Assembly (NCBI GenBank): GCA_036272715.1
Contig: DATAYD010000071.1
Coordinates: 2,297-66,296 of the forward strand
Source of the DNA: Caulobacteraceae bacterium
Lineage (GTDB): Bacteria > Pseudomonadota > Alphaproteobacteria > Caulobacterales > Caulobacteraceae
Reading direction: 5' to 3'
DNA length: 64,000 nt
The notes under the pieces were generated by a model. The model was not told the origin of the DNA. It searched no databases and saw nothing but the letters and a program-made list of their open reading frames with translations. Below, in pieces: positions 54,065 through 64,000 of the stretch (position 1 is the first letter of the stretch; every line of letters begins with the position of its first letter). The position numbers and the translations under genes are program-made.

Positions 54065-55300
54065 CTAGGCCTTGGCGCGCCGGTCCCGTCTGGCCGCCAC
54101 GCGCAGGCGCAAGGCGTTCAGCTTGATGAAGCCGGCCGCGTCGCGGTGGTCATAGGCGACCTTGCCCTCCTCGAAGGTCACCAGGTCCTGGTCATAGAGC
54201 GAATAGGGGCTCTCGCGCCCGATCACCGTGACATTGCCCTTATAAAGCTTGATCCGCACCTGACCGGCGACCAGTTCCTGGCTCTTGTCGATCAGGGCCT
54301 GCAGCATCGCGCGCTCGGGGGTGAACCAGAAGCCGTTATAGATCAGCTCGGCGTAGTGCGGCATGATCCCGTCCTTCAGGTGCGCGGCGCCCCGGTCGAG
54401 CGTGATCGACTCGATGCCCCGATGCGCGGCCAGGAGGATGGTCCCGCCGGGCGTTTCATAGACGCCGCGCGATTTCATGCCGACAAAGCGATTCTCCACC
54501 AGGTCGAGCCGACCGACGCCATTGTCGTGGCCGAGCTGGTTCAGGCGGGTGAGCAACGCCGCCGGGGATAGCCGCTCGCCATCGATCGCGACCGGGTCGC
54601 CGCGCTCGAAGTCCATGGTGAAGACCTGCGCCTTATCGGGTGCGTCTTCGGGCGCAATGGTGCGCTGATAGACGAATTCCGGCGCCTCGACCGCCGGATC
54701 TTCCAGCACCTTGCCCTCGGACGAGGAGTGCAGAAGATTGGCGTCGACGCTGAACGGCGCCTCGCCGCGCTTGTCCTTGGCGATCGGGATCTGGTGCTTC
54801 TCGGCGAAATCGAGCAGGGCTTCGCGGCTGGCGAAATCCCATTCCCGCCAGGGCGCGATCACCCGGATATCGGGCTCCAGAGCATAATAGGCGACCTCGA
54901 AGCGGACCTGATCATTGCCCTTGCCGGTGGCGCCGTGACAGACGGCGTCGGCGCCGACCTTGCGGGCGATATCGATCTGGGTCTTGGCGATCAGCGGCCG
55001 GGCGATCGATGTGCCCAGCAGATATTGGCCCTCGTAAACCGTATTGGCCCGGAACATCGGGAACACGAAGTCGCGGACGAATTCCTCGCGCAGATCCTCG
55101 ATATAGATGTTCTCCGGCTTGATGCCGAGCATCAGCGCCTTCTCGCGAGCCGGGCCCAACTCCTCGCCTTGGCCCAGGTCGGCGGTGAAGGTCACCACTT
55201 CGCAGCCGTATTCCTCCTGCAGCCACTTCAGGATGATCGAGGTGTCGAGCCCGCCGGAATAGGCGAGGACGACTTTCTTAGGCGGCGTCGGATCGGCCAT
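54065..55300 (-). CDS. argG: Argininosuccinate synthase
   Basis: [34 protein letters not shown]. Confidence 0.98.
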   Translation of the reverse strand: MADPTPPKKVVLAYSGGLDTSIILKWLQEEYGCEVVTFTADLGQGEELGPAREKALMLGIKPENIYIEDLREEFVRDFVFPMFRANTVYEGQYLLGTSIARPLIAKTQIDIARKVGADAVCHGATGKGNDQVRFEVAYYALEPDIRVIAPWREWDFASREALLDFAEKHQIPIAKDKRGEAPFSVDANLLHSSSEGKVLEDPAVEAPEFVYQRTIAPEDAPDKAQVFTMDFERGDPVAIDGERLSPAALLTRLNQLGHDNGVGRLDLVENRFVGMKSRGVYETPGGTILLAAHRGIESITLDRGAAHLKDGIMPHYAELIYNGFWFTPERAMLQALIDKSQELVAGQVRIKLYKGNVTVIGRESPYSLYDQDLVTFEEGKVAYDHRDAAGFIKLNALRLRVAARRDRRAKA

Positions 55301-55397
55301 CGGGCTCCCCAGAAAAGGCTCGCCGCCTTAAAGGCGTTTGCGGCCCGCGTTTCAACCCTCCGCGACGCGTAGGAGGTCCAATACCGACACGAGCCGC

Positions 55398-57389
55398 CTA
55401 GACGGAGACCTGGGTCCCCAGCTCCACCACCCGGCCGGGCGGGATCTTGAAGAAGGAGGTCGGGTTGGCGCCGTTCTTCATCAAGGCGATGAACAGCTTG
55501 TCCTGCCACAGCGGCATGCCGGAATCGACCGACGCCACCACGGTGCGGCGGCCCAGGAAGAAGCTGGTCGACATGATATCGAACTTCAGTCCCTGTTTTT
55601 TACAGAGCTGCAGGGCCTTGGGCAGGTTCGGCGTTTCCATGAAGCCGTAGCGGATCTGCACCTTCTTGAAGTCGTCATTGACGATCTCGACATTGATCCG
55701 GTCCGCGTCGGCGACCCGCGGCGTCTCCACGGTCTTGACCGTCAGGATGACGTTCTTCTGATGCAACATCTTGTTGTGCTTCAGATTGTGCATCAGGGCG
55801 ACCGGTGCGACATCCGGATCCGAGGTCAGGAACATGGCCGTGCCTGGCGCGCGATAGGGCGGCCGGGCGTGCAGCATGTCGATCAGGTCGACCAGGGAGA
55901 GGCTGTCGCGGCGGGTCTTTTCAGTCAGGATGTTAACCCCGCGCGCCCAGGTCCACATGATGATGACCAGGCCCGCGCCGATCAGCAGGGGCAACCAGGC
56001 GCCGTCCCTGACCTTCAGAAGGTTGGAGGAGATGAAGACCAGGTCCCCGAACACGATCGGAATCAGCAGGCAGACCGCCTGCCAGAGCGGCCATTTCCAC
56101 ATCCGCCGGATGATCACATAGGCCAGCAAGGTGTCGATGAACATCGCGCCGGTGACCGCCAGCCCATAGGCCGAAGCCAGGTGGCTCGACGTGCGGAAGA
56201 TCATGAGCAGCAGCAGCACGCCGATCATCAGCAGGCTGTTCACGGTCGGCACGAAGATCTGGCCGGCCTGGGTCTCGGAGGTGCGGCGGATCTCCAGCTT
56301 GGGCAACAGGCCCAGTTGAACGGCCTGTTGGGTGATCGAGAAGGCGCCGGTGATCACCGCCTGGCTGGCGATCACCGTGGCCGCGCCGGCCAGGATCAGG
56401 ATCGGCCAGTAGATGAAGGTCAGGTGCGGCGTCATGGCCCAGAACGGATTGTGCCGGGCGATCGGATAGCGCAGCACCATGGCGCCCTGGCCCAGATAGT
56501 TCAGCGCCAGACAAGGAAAGACCAGGCACAGCCAGGCCACGCGGATCGGCGCCTTGCCGAAATGGCCCATGTCGGCATAGAGCGCCTCCGCGCCGGTGAC
56601 CGCCAGGAAGACGCCGCCAAGGATGGTGAAGCCGACAAGGCCGTTTCGGTACAGGAACAGCAGGCCGTAGAACGGGTTGAGGCTCTGGAAGATCGAAAGG
56701 TCGTCGCCTAGATGGATCAGGCCGAGCACGCCGATGGTCAGGAACCAGAGCGCGGTGATCGGCCCGAACACGAAGGCCACCCGATGGGTGCCGCGCGCCT
56801 GGGCCGCGAACAGCCCGACCAGGATCCCCGCGGCGATCGGCAGCACGTAGGGGCGCAGGATATGGCCGATGTCCGGCGCGCCGCGCACGCCTTCCACCGC
56901 CGACAGGACCGAGATCGCCGGCGTGATCAGGCCGTCGCCATAGAACAGCGCGGCGCCCATCACACCCAGGATGAAGACAACGGCCGTGCGCCGGCCGATC
57001 GCGCGCTGGGCCAGGGCCATCAGGGCCACGGTGCCGCCCTCGCCGCGGTTGTCGGCGCGCATCAGGATCACGACATACTTGACCGTGACGATCAGGATCA
57101 GCGCCCAGATGACCAGCGAAACAACGCCGATCACGGTCAAGGGGTCCGCGCCCTTATGCTCCGCGTGGGCCAAGGCTTCGCGCAGGGCGTAGAGCGGGCT
57201 GGTGCCGATATCGCCGAACACCACGCCGACCGAACCCAGCGCCAGGGCGAAGAAGCCCTGGCCGCGTTGGGCCGGGGTTTCAATGCGGGCGTTCGGTGCG
57301 GTGCTCGATGGATTCGTCGCGGTCGGCGGGTCGCGATCGGCGGCGACGTCCTTCGCCAACAGAGCCGCGTCGGGGGATTCCCCTGACAT
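55398..57389 (-). CDS. kup: KUP/HAK/KT potassium transporter
   Basis: GVVFGDIGTSPLY, GEGG, YGDGLITPAISVLSAVEG, TGAEALYADMGHFG. Confidence 0.96.
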   Translation of the reverse strand: MSGESPDAALLAKDVAADRDPPTATNPSSTAPNARIETPAQRGQGFFALALGSVGVVFGDIGTSPLYALREALAHAEHKGADPLTVIGVVSLVIWALILIVTVKYVVILMRADNRGEGGTVALMALAQRAIGRRTAVVFILGVMGAALFYGDGLITPAISVLSAVEGVRGAPDIGHILRPYVLPIAAGILVGLFAAQARGTHRVAFVFGPITALWFLTIGVLGLIHLGDDLSIFQSLNPFYGLLFLYRNGLVGFTILGGVFLAVTGAEALYADMGHFGKAPIRVAWLCLVFPCLALNYLGQGAMVLRYPIARHNPFWAMTPHLTFIYWPILILAGAATVIASQAVITGAFSITQQAVQLGLLPKLEIRRTSETQAGQIFVPTVNSLLMIGVLLLLMIFRTSSHLASAYGLAVTGAMFIDTLLAYVIIRRMWKWPLWQAVCLLIPIVFGDLVFISSNLLKVRDGAWLPLLIGAGLVIIMWTWARGVNILTEKTRRDSLSLVDLIDMLHARPPYRAPGTAMFLTSDPDVAPVALMHNLKHNKMLHQKNVILTVKTVETPRVADADRINVEIVNDDFKKVQIRYGFMETPNLPKALQLCKKQGLKFDIMSTSFFLGRRTVVASVDSGMPLWQDKLFIALMKNGANPTSFFKIPPGRVVELGTQVSV

Positions 57390-57497
57390 TCATAACCTCC
57401 GGGAACGGCCCCGTGCGAGATCGCGGCGGCCGGAACCCTCGATGCAGAGCGCGCGCGATAAACCCTTTCCGTTTCAGGTTCAACAGCCGCGCCGTCC

Positions 57498-59114
57498 TTA
57501 GTGGCGGAACGCCCGCACCCCCGTGAACGCCATGGCGATGCCGGCGGCGTCGGCCGCCGCGATCACCTCGTCGTCGCGGATCGATCCGCCCGGCTGGATC
57601 ACGGCCGTCGCGCCGGCCTCCACCGCCTGGATCAGGCCGTCGGCGAACGGGAAGAAGGCGTCCGAAGCGCAGGCCGAGCCCTTGGCCAAGGACCGCGGCA
57701 GGCCGGCGGTCTCCGCCGCCTCCGCCGCCCGGATCGCCGCGATCCGGGCCGAGTCGCGCCGGTTCATCTGGCCCGCGCCGATGCCGGCGGTCTGGCCGTC
57801 CTTGGCGTAGATCACGGCGTTGGACTTGGCGTGCTTGGCCACGATGAAGGCGAACAGCATGTCCTCGATCTCGCGCGGCGTGGCGGCGCGCTTGGTGACG
57901 ATCTTCAGGTCGGCCGCGGTCACCCGCGCCCCATCGCGCGATTGGACCAGGAAACCGCCGGCGACGGTCTTGAACACCTCGCCGGCCGCCGCCGGATCGG
58001 GCAGGCCGCCGATGAGCAGCAGGCGCAGGTTCTTTTTCTTGGCGAATACCGCGATCGCGTCCTCATCGGCGTCCGGCGCGACCACCACCTCGGTGAAGAT
58101 GCCGGAGATCTCACGCGCCGCCTCGACGTCCAGGCGGCGGTTCACCGCCACGATGCCGCCGAAGGCCGAGACCGAGTCGCACTGGAGCGCACGCAGATAG
58201 GCGGTCTTGAGATCGGCGCCCAGGGCCACGCCGCAGGGATTGGCGTGCTTGATGATCGCGACCGCCGCGGATTGGGCCGGATCGAACTCCGCGACCAGCT
58301 CGACCGCCGCGTCCGTGTCGTTGATGTTGTTGTAGCTCAGTTCCTTGCCCTGCACTTGGCGCGCGGTGGCGACCCCGCGCCGGCGCGGCTGGGCGAAGCC
58401 GTAGAAGGCCGCGCTCTGATGCGCGTTCTCGCCATAGCGCGTGGTCTGGATCAGGGAGCCGGTGAAGGTCTTGCGGACCGGAACCGTATCGCCGACGGCG
58501 GCCGCGAACCAGGCGGCGATAGCGGCGTCATAGGCGGCGGTGCGGGCGAAAGCCCTGGCCGCCAACCGTTTGCGCAGCGCCAGCGTGGTCGCGCCGTCCG
58601 CTTGCAGCGCGGCCAGCACCTCGGCCAAGTCCTCCGGCGCGGTGCAGACGCAGACATAGCCGTGGTTCTTGGCCGCCGAGCGGATCATGGCCGGGCCGCC
58701 GATATCGATATTCTCGACGCAGGCGGCGAAATCCCCGCCGCCGGCCACCGTTTCCTCGAACGGATAGAGGTTCACATAGAGCAGGTCGATGCCGCCGATG
58801 CCGTGCTCGCTCATGGCGCGGGCGTGCTCCGGCGCGTCGCGCACGCCCAGAAGGCCGCCATGCACCACCGGGTGCAGGGTCTTGACCCGGCCGTCCATCA
58901 TCTCCGGGAAGCCGGTCAGCTCGGCGACGTCCTTGACCGTGAGGCCGGCGGCCGCGATGGCGGCGCGGGTTCCACCGGTCGAGACCAGCTCGACGCCGAG
59001 CGCCGCCAGCGCGGCGGCGGCGGCGATCAGGCCGGTCTTGTCGGAAACCGAGATCAGAGCGCGCCTTATGGGCGTCTGGTCGGGGGCGGGCGGAAAGGCG
59101 GGTGCTGCGGCCAA
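57498..59114 (-). CDS. purH: Bifunctional AICAR transformylase/IMP cyclohydrolase
   Basis: [45 protein letters not shown]; TTG start 6 nt after GGAG. Confidence 0.97.
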   Translation of the reverse strand: MAAAPAFPPAPDQTPIRRALISVSDKTGLIAAAAALAALGVELVSTGGTRAAIAAAGLTVKDVAELTGFPEMMDGRVKTLHPVVHGGLLGVRDAPEHARAMSEHGIGGIDLLYVNLYPFEETVAGGGDFAACVENIDIGGPAMIRSAAKNHGYVCVCTAPEDLAEVLAALQADGATTLALRKRLAARAFARTAAYDAAIAAWFAAAVGDTVPVRKTFTGSLIQTTRYGENAHQSAAFYGFAQPRRRGVATARQVQGKELSYNNINDTDAAVELVAEFDPAQSAAVAIIKHANPCGVALGADLKTAYLRALQCDSVSAFGGIVAVNRRLDVEAAREISGIFTEVVVAPDADEDAIAVFAKKKNLRLLLIGGLPDPAAAGEVFKTVAGGFLVQSRDGARVTAADLKIVTKRAATPREIEDMLFAFIVAKHAKSNAVIYAKDGQTAGIGAGQMNRRDSARIAAIRAAEAAETAGLPRSLAKGSACASDAFFPFADGLIQAVEAGATAVIQPGGSIRDDEVIAAADAAGIAMAFTGVRAFRH

Positions 59115-59137
59115 GGCGGTCTCCAACTATGAGAACA

Positions 59138-59208
59138 TGCCCAGGCGAGCGGCCGAAAACCTTCGCGCTCCCCGGTGGTCGCCCACCTTCATCGCCAGTC
59201 ACGCAAGG
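59138..59208 (-). ncRNA. ZMP/ZTP riboswitch (pfl motif)
   Basis: Minus strand CCUUGCGUGACUGGCG..GGUGG-GCGA-CCACCGGGGAGCGCGAAGG...GGCCGCUCGCCUGGGCA matches the aptamer consensus, with UGGCG/CGCC pseudoknot; directly upstream of purH. Confidence 0.93.
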
Positions 59209-59215
59209 CAGGCTG

Positions 59216-59244
59216 CGGATAGGCCCGCCGCCCGCGCCTGTCAA
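59216..59244 (-). promoter_or_regulatory. Putative sigma70 promoter for riboswitch-purH
   Basis: TTGACA (overlapping the upstream gene's stop) followed by GCCTATCC. Confidence 0.6.
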
Positions 59245-61103
59245 CCGCCGCGGAATTCCGGAACCAGGGCCTTCAGCCTCTCGAGAACCGCTTTCCGATC
59301 CCGGACGGCGGCGGCGGCCAGAAGCGCTTCGACCGGGCCGCCGAGGTCGGCCCAGGATGGCGCCTCGGCTCTCGCGGCCAGGACTCCATCCGCGGCGGTC
59401 GCGCGCACGTCTTCCACGGGGTAGAAGATCTCTTCGAACAGCTTCTCGCCGGGCCGGAGCCCGGTGTGGATGATCTTGATGTCCTTGTCGGGCCGCAGGC
59501 CGTGCAGGCGGATCACCTGCCGAGCCAGCTCCTCGATCTTCACCGGCTCGCCCATGTCCAGGACATAGAGGCCACGTTCGCCGGGCGCGGCGGGCAGGGC
59601 GGCGGCCTGCAAAACCAGGCTGGCGGCTTCCTGGATGGTCATGAAATAGCGCTCGATGCGCGGATCGGTCACAGTGACCGGGCCGCCCTTGGCGATCTGC
59701 CGCTCGAACAGGGGCACCACGGAGCCCGATGAACCCAGGACATTGCCGAAACGGACCACGGCGGCCTTGGCCCGCCGCTCGGCCGCCAGGGCGTGGACCA
59801 CGTGCTCGGCCACGCGCTTGGTCGCGCCCATCACATTGGTCGGATTGACCGCCTTGTCGGTTGAGATGAAGGCCAGGTTGGCGCCGGCGGCGGTGGCCAG
59901 TCGCGCGACGTTGAGGGCGCCGCCGATATTGGTCAGCACGGCCTCGATCGGATTGAGCTCCATCAAGGGCACATGCTTCAGCGCCGCGGCGTGCAGCACC
60001 ACCTCCGGCTGGAAGCTCGCGAACACCTCCGCGATCCGCGCCCGATCGCGCACATCGCCCAATTCCGCCCGCCAGCGCCCCGGCGCGCGCATCTCCCGCA
60101 GGGTCTGGTCGATCGAATAGAGGTTGAATTCCGAAGCGTCGAACAGGATCAGTTGTCGTGGATCCAGCGCCGAGACCTGCAAGGTCAGTTCGCCGCCGAT
60201 CGCCCCGCCCGCCCCGGTGATCAGCACCCGCTTGCCGGCGATCAGGCCCTGGGCGGCGGCGGGGTTCAGCGCGCGTGGCGGCCTGGCCAGAAGGTCGGCC
60301 GCGCCCACGGGCGTGACGGCGGAACCGCCGCCGTTGAACGCGCGCGCCCGCGCCACGCTCGCGCCGGATTCCGCGGCGGCGCCCACCACGCGCTCCAGCA
60401 GCGCGCGGTCGGGCCGAGGTTCGGCGACGATCACCGACGCCCGGGCCTTGGTCCTGGCGCTGGCGGCTTTCAGCGACGACGCGAGATCGTCCAGGCCGCC
60501 CAGGATCGGCACGCCGCGGATGGTCCGCCCGATCACCGCCAGGTCGAGGACGATGATGCCGGCGATGTGCGGGCCCGCATCGGCCGATCGCCGGGCCGCG
60601 CCGATGAAGCTGTCGGCCGCATCGGCCGACCCGACCACCACCGCCGGCGGCAGGGCGCGGTCTTCCAGGCGGAAGGCTTCGCGCAGATCTCCGCCGGCCC
60701 AGGCGCGCGCCAACAGACGCCCGAAGCAGAGCAGCGTGAATGTCGCCGCCATCGACATGGCGACCGTGGAGCGTGGAAAGTCCTCCAGCCGGTTGATCAG
60801 GAACAGCAGCGGCAGAAAGATCAGGTTCGCGATCACCGCGGCCCTGGCGCAGCGGAGGATGTCGTTCAGGGCGGTGAAGCGCCACACGCCGCGATGCAGG
60901 CCGAAAAGCGGGAAGGCCGCCGCGCAGACGGCGACGAACAGCAAGGTCGCCGTCGTCCCGGCCGCATAGGGAGTCGGCTTGGGCTCGAAATGGTAGCGCA
61001 GCAGGAACGAGCCGCCCATGGCCAGCCCGGCCACGGCCAGGTCGTGCAGGAAGATGGCCAGCGGGACCAAAGGCTGGCGATGGGGGGGAGGTTTCATTTT
61101 CAC
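59241..61103 (-). CDS. Membrane-bound nucleoside-diphosphate sugar 4,6-dehydratase (CapD/PglF/WbpM family)
   Basis: Four N-terminal TMs; TGAGGAIG, HAAALKHVP, STDKAVNPTNVMGATK, RFGNVLGSSGSV, RYFMTI. Confidence 0.93.
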   Translation of the reverse strand: MKMKPPPHRQPLVPLAIFLHDLAVAGLAMGGSFLLRYHFEPKPTPYAAGTTATLLFVAVCAAAFPLFGLHRGVWRFTALNDILRCARAAVIANLIFLPLLFLINRLEDFPRSTVAMSMAATFTLLCFGRLLARAWAGGDLREAFRLEDRALPPAVVVGSADAADSFIGAARRSADAGPHIAGIIVLDLAVIGRTIRGVPILGGLDDLASSLKAASARTKARASVIVAEPRPDRALLERVVGAAAESGASVARARAFNGGGSAVTPVGAADLLARPPRALNPAAAQGLIAGKRVLITGAGGAIGGELTLQVSALDPRQLILFDASEFNLYSIDQTLREMRAPGRWRAELGDVRDRARIAEVFASFQPEVVLHAAALKHVPLMELNPIEAVLTNIGGALNVARLATAAGANLAFISTDKAVNPTNVMGATKRVAEHVVHALAAERRAKAAVVRFGNVLGSSGSVVPLFERQIAKGGPVTVTDPRIERYFMTIQEAASLVLQAAALPAAPGERGLYVLDMGEPVKIEELARQVIRLHGLRPDKDIKIIHTGLRPGEKLFEEIFYPVEDVRATAADGVLAARAEAPSWADLGGPVEALLAAAAVRDRKAVLERLKALVPEFRGG

Positions 61104-62821
61104 GCGGTCGCGGGCTCCACCAGGGCCAGCTTCCAGCGCACCCGGCCGCCACGATCGGCGCGCAGGCGGCCGCGCAGCACGACCTGGCTGGTCCGCCGCG
61201 CCCGCCCGCCCTCGAAATGCACCGAGGGCTCTATCGAAACCTCGGCCGCGTCATTGCGCAGCCACCAGCCGATGTTGGACGCGCCTTGCAGCAGCACGCT
61301 GCGCTGGTCGCGGGCCAGCGAGGCCTTGGCGTCGGGATGCAGATGGAAACGGACATCCACCGGCGTGGGCCGGTTCGCCGCGTTCGAGGCCGGCACGAAC
61401 CGATCCTCGCCGCGCAGCTCCCGCTTGGTGCGATCGAGGAACAGCCGGCGCTCATGAGTCAGGCCGTAACGCGCGAGCCAGCCGTCGTGATGCATCTCCA
61501 CCCAGACGCCAGCCTCGGCGTCGCGGCGGTTGACCACGACCTTGGTCGCGCCGCCGTCCAGCCGCGGGCCCAGGGCATGGGCCAGGAAGCCGGTCATGGG
61601 CGCGCCCGCCGCGCCGTCGCCGACAGAGGCGGTGGACGCGCCTCCGGTCAACCTCAGCGCTCCGGGACCGTCCGCGTCGCGGCTCCAGCCGCAGTTGGTG
61701 ATCAGCCGGTCGCGGCCGCAGATCACCTCGATCGCCAGCGGTTGGCCGCAAGCGGTCGAGCCAAACGCTCCCGTCGCCGGCGGTCCGGCGTCCGCGATCA
61801 CCTGCAATCCAGGGCCATCCAGCCGCTGATAACCGGCATGGGGGACCTCGCGCAAAGGCGGGACGGCGGGCGCCGTTTCATGCGCCCGCCCCGCGGCGAC
61901 CCGTCCTGGCGTGCTCTCCTCGCCCCCCTGGAAACAGGCCAGCCGGCCATCAGCCAGGGTGAAGAAGCTCAGCGCCGCGGTCAGCCGGTCGATGGCGCGG
62001 GACAGGCCCTCGGGCGGCGCGACCCCGCGTTGGGACAGGCCCTCATCCAGGGTGAGGAGATCGAACAGCAGCTCCAGCCCCGCCTCGGGCGACCGGCTCG
62101 CATGGCCGCCATCGGCCAGCACCGTGCGCTCCAGCAAGGGCGCCATTTGGGCCAGGGCGTCGCGCATCAACCGCTCGCCGGCGAGGTTCGCCAAGGCGGT
62201 TCCCGCGACGCCGGCCGCGGCCAGTCGCTCTGCCCGTCGGCCATCGTCCATGCGCAAAGTGATCAGGTGTCGGGCCTGCCGCGCCAGAAGATTGGCCAGG
62301 GCCGCCGCCTCGGCGTCGGACGCCAGGGCTGCCATGCCGCGTCCGACGCAGGCCAGGCTCAGCACCCGACGCTCCAATATGGCCGGACTCCAGGCGAAAC
62401 CGTTCCAGCGGCCAAACACACGCCGCCACTCCAGCGTCAGCCTCAGCCCCTCCCGCAAACCTGGTTCGCCAATGACCGCGAGGTCGCGCAGCCAGTCGAA
62501 CCGGTGCAGGCGCGCGGCGAAGTGGCGACTGGGGCTGGGCTGATTCCACGGATCCTCGCCTGGCGCCAGGTCCAGCCGATCGCCGCCCAGAACGAAAAGG
62601 CCCCCCAGGATCGCGGCGCCGGCGACCGCGTCGGCGGGCCGCGGATCCTTTGGCTGCGCCGCGAAACCTTGCGCCCGCGGACGGTTCAGCCCCCAGAGGT
62701 GGAAGACGCCGCCATGCCATTGCTTGGCGGCGAGATGTCGCGCGGTTCGCCCAACCGCTGTCGCCAGGAGCGCGGCCCGCGACGCCCCATGCTGCGCGAT
62801 GGCCAGGGCGCTCGCGGCCAC
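61100..62821 (-). CDS. Heparinase II/III-like family protein
   Basis: LHRFDWLRDL, DGGHASRSP, DGRLACFQGG, LITNCG, HDGW...HERRLFL, RFHLHP; start inferred. Confidence 0.85.
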   Translation of the reverse strand: MAASALAIAQHGASRAALLATAVGRTARHLAAKQWHGGVFHLWGLNRPRAQGFAAQPKDPRPADAVAGAAILGGLFVLGGDRLDLAPGEDPWNQPSPSRHFAARLHRFDWLRDLAVIGEPGLREGLRLTLEWRRVFGRWNGFAWSPAILERRVLSLACVGRGMAALASDAEAAALANLLARQARHLITLRMDDGRRAERLAAAGVAGTALANLAGERLMRDALAQMAPLLERTVLADGGHASRSPEAGLELLFDLLTLDEGLSQRGVAPPEGLSRAIDRLTAALSFFTLADGRLACFQGGEESTPGRVAAGRAHETAPAVPPLREVPHAGYQRLDGPGLQVIADAGPPATGAFGSTACGQPLAIEVICGRDRLITNCGWSRDADGPGALRLTGGASTASVGDGAAGAPMTGFLAHALGPRLDGGATKVVVNRRDAEAGVWVEMHHDGWLARYGLTHERRLFLDRTKRELRGEDRFVPASNAANRPTPVDVRFHLHPDAKASLARDQRSVLLQGASNIGWWLRNDAAEVSIEPSVHFEGGRARRTSQVVLRGRLRADRGGRVRWKLALVEPATA

Positions 62822-62829
62822 GGCCGCGT

Positions 62830-63495
62830 TCAGGCGCCCTTCAGGGCGCGGATATTGTCGGCATAGCGTTCGGGCCCACCCTTGAACACGGCCGTGCCGG
62901 CCACCAGGGCGGTCGCCCCCGCCTCGAGGCAAAGCCGCGCCGTTTCGGGCGTCACGCCGCCATCGACCTCCAGCACGATGTCGCGGCCAGTATCGTCGAT
63001 CATGGCGCGCAGGCGCTCGATCTTCTTCAGTTGCGAATGCAGGAAGCTCTGGCCGCCGAACCCAGGATTGACCGACATCACCAGGATGAGGTCGATGTCA
63101 TCCATGATCCATTCGATCGCGCTGGGCGGGGTCGCGGGATTGAGCACCACGCCGGCCTTGGCGCCCAGCTTGCGGATATGCTGCAACGAACGGTCCAGGT
63201 GCGGGCCGGCCTGGGGATGGATGCTGATGATGTCCGCGCCCGCCTCGCGGAACGCGTCTAGATAGGGGTCCGCCGGCGCGATCATCAGATGGGCGTCGAT
63301 AGGGATGCCGACATGCGGCTTCAACGCGCGGATCACATCCGGGCCGATGGTGATGTTGGGCACGAAATGACCGTCCATCACATCGATATGCAGCCAATCG
63401 GCGCCGGCCGCCTCGATCGCCCGGGCCTCCTCGCCTAGTCGCGCGAAGTCCGAGGCGAGGATCGAAGGGGAGATCAGGGGCGGATGGGCGCTCAT
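62830..63495 (-). CDS. rpe: Ribulose-phosphate 3-epimerase
   Basis: PSILASDF, HIDVMDGHFVPN, MSVNPGFGGQ, VDGG. Confidence 0.97.
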   Translation of the reverse strand: MSAHPPLISPSILASDFARLGEEARAIEAAGADWLHIDVMDGHFVPNITIGPDVIRALKPHVGIPIDAHLMIAPADPYLDAFREAGADIISIHPQAGPHLDRSLQHIRKLGAKAGVVLNPATPPSAIEWIMDDIDLILVMSVNPGFGGQSFLHSQLKKIERLRAMIDDTGRDIVLEVDGGVTPETARLCLEAGATALVAGTAVFKGGPERYADNIRALKGA

Positions 63496-63564
63496 GCCCC
63501 GAGTTAGCGCGGTCGCGCTTCCAGGCGCAAGCACGACGGCCCGCTCCGGTGGTTTCATCGGCGC

Positions 63565-63894
63565 TCAGGACGCGGGGCGCGACGCTTTTTCCTCGATCCC
63601 GGAGCGACCTTCACGGGCCTCGAGCTTGGCGGCGACGGCGTCCAGATCCACGCCGCAGGCGGCCAGGAGCACCAGCCAGTGATAGATCAGGTCGGCGCTC
63701 TCGGCGGCGACGGCGTCCGGATCGGCCTGGACCGCGGCGAGGGCGGTCTCGATCGCCTCCTCGCCCAGTTTCTTCGCCGCCAGGGCCGGCCCGGCGGCCA
63801 GCAGCTTGGCGGTGTAGGACGAGGACGGATCGGCGCCCCGGCGGGCCTCGATCGTCGCGCGCAGTCGCTGGAGGGCTTCGGAAAAACGGGTCAT
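63565..63894 (-). CDS. hisE: Phosphoribosyl-ATP pyrophosphatase
   Basis: SYTAKLL, KKLGEEAIE, ESADLIYH. Confidence 0.95.
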   Translation of the reverse strand: MTRFSEALQRLRATIEARRGADPSSSYTAKLLAAGPALAAKKLGEEAIETALAAVQADPDAVAAESADLIYHWLVLLAACGVDLDAVAAKLEAREGRSGIEEKASRPAS

Positions 63895-63899
63895 CCGGT

Positions 63900-64000
63900 T
63901 CAGCGCATCCGCATCGGCAGGCCGGCGTCCGCCATGGCCTGTTTAGCCTCGCCGATGGTCACTTCGCCGAAGTGGAAGATCGAGGCAGCCAGCACCGCGT
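63900..64000 (-). CDS. hisF: Imidazole glycerol phosphate synthase subunit HisF, 3' end (truncated by window end)
   Basis: Manual translation [32 protein letters not shown]. Confidence 0.92.
   Translation of the reverse strand, partial: AVLAASIFHFGEVTIGEAKQAMADAGLPMRMR

Noticed and set aside
58528-61152. 874-aa alternative-frame ORF spanning capD and purH
   Set aside because: Arg/Gly/Pro-rich off-frame product of high GC content; it overlaps two clear genes and the riboswitch.

Overview
GC-rich alphaproteobacterial chromosome segment. Gene content and order point to Caulobacteraceae (Caulobacter/Phenylobacterium-like). The window spans the replication origin. From left to right: the trmB-rimP-nusA-ylxR-infB-rbfA-truB-rpsO-pnp translation cluster interrupted by accessory genes; an MCP; ftsK-lolA-(sRNA)-xth-cenR-yggS-thiE-like-ntrZ-DUF3576-leuS-lptE-holA; parB-parA-rsmG-mnmG-mnmE with two perfect parS sites; rho-hemJ-hemH-hemE; a Cori-type origin (~42.6-43.05 kb) with CtrA sites, DnaA boxes and GANTC sites; DUF299-maf-aroE-coaE-dnaQ; secB; timA-mltA-smr; rsmB; pyrF; argG; kup; and hisF-hisE-rpe-heparinase-like-capD-like-purH, with a ZMP/ZTP riboswitch before purH. 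I found no CRISPR array, transposase, prophage, rRNA, tRNA or recognisable defence system, so this is mostly core genome and I cannot claim a new multi-gene system. The most unusual signals are: (i) CTAG-bounded miniature repeats joined to odd-length palindromes centred on GANTC (CcrM) sites, which sit on stop codons and mark accessory-gene insertions; (ii) a secreted, block-structured Tyr/Arg/Gly/Asp + (Ala-Ser)n + His/Met/Cys protein with a CtrA-like site upstream; (iii) an unannotated three-hairpin sRNA with a C-rich loop; (iv) two apparent pseudo-enzymes; and (v) an anchorless TonB-CTD-like protein divergent from an MCP. All family assignments come from motif recognition, not database searches.
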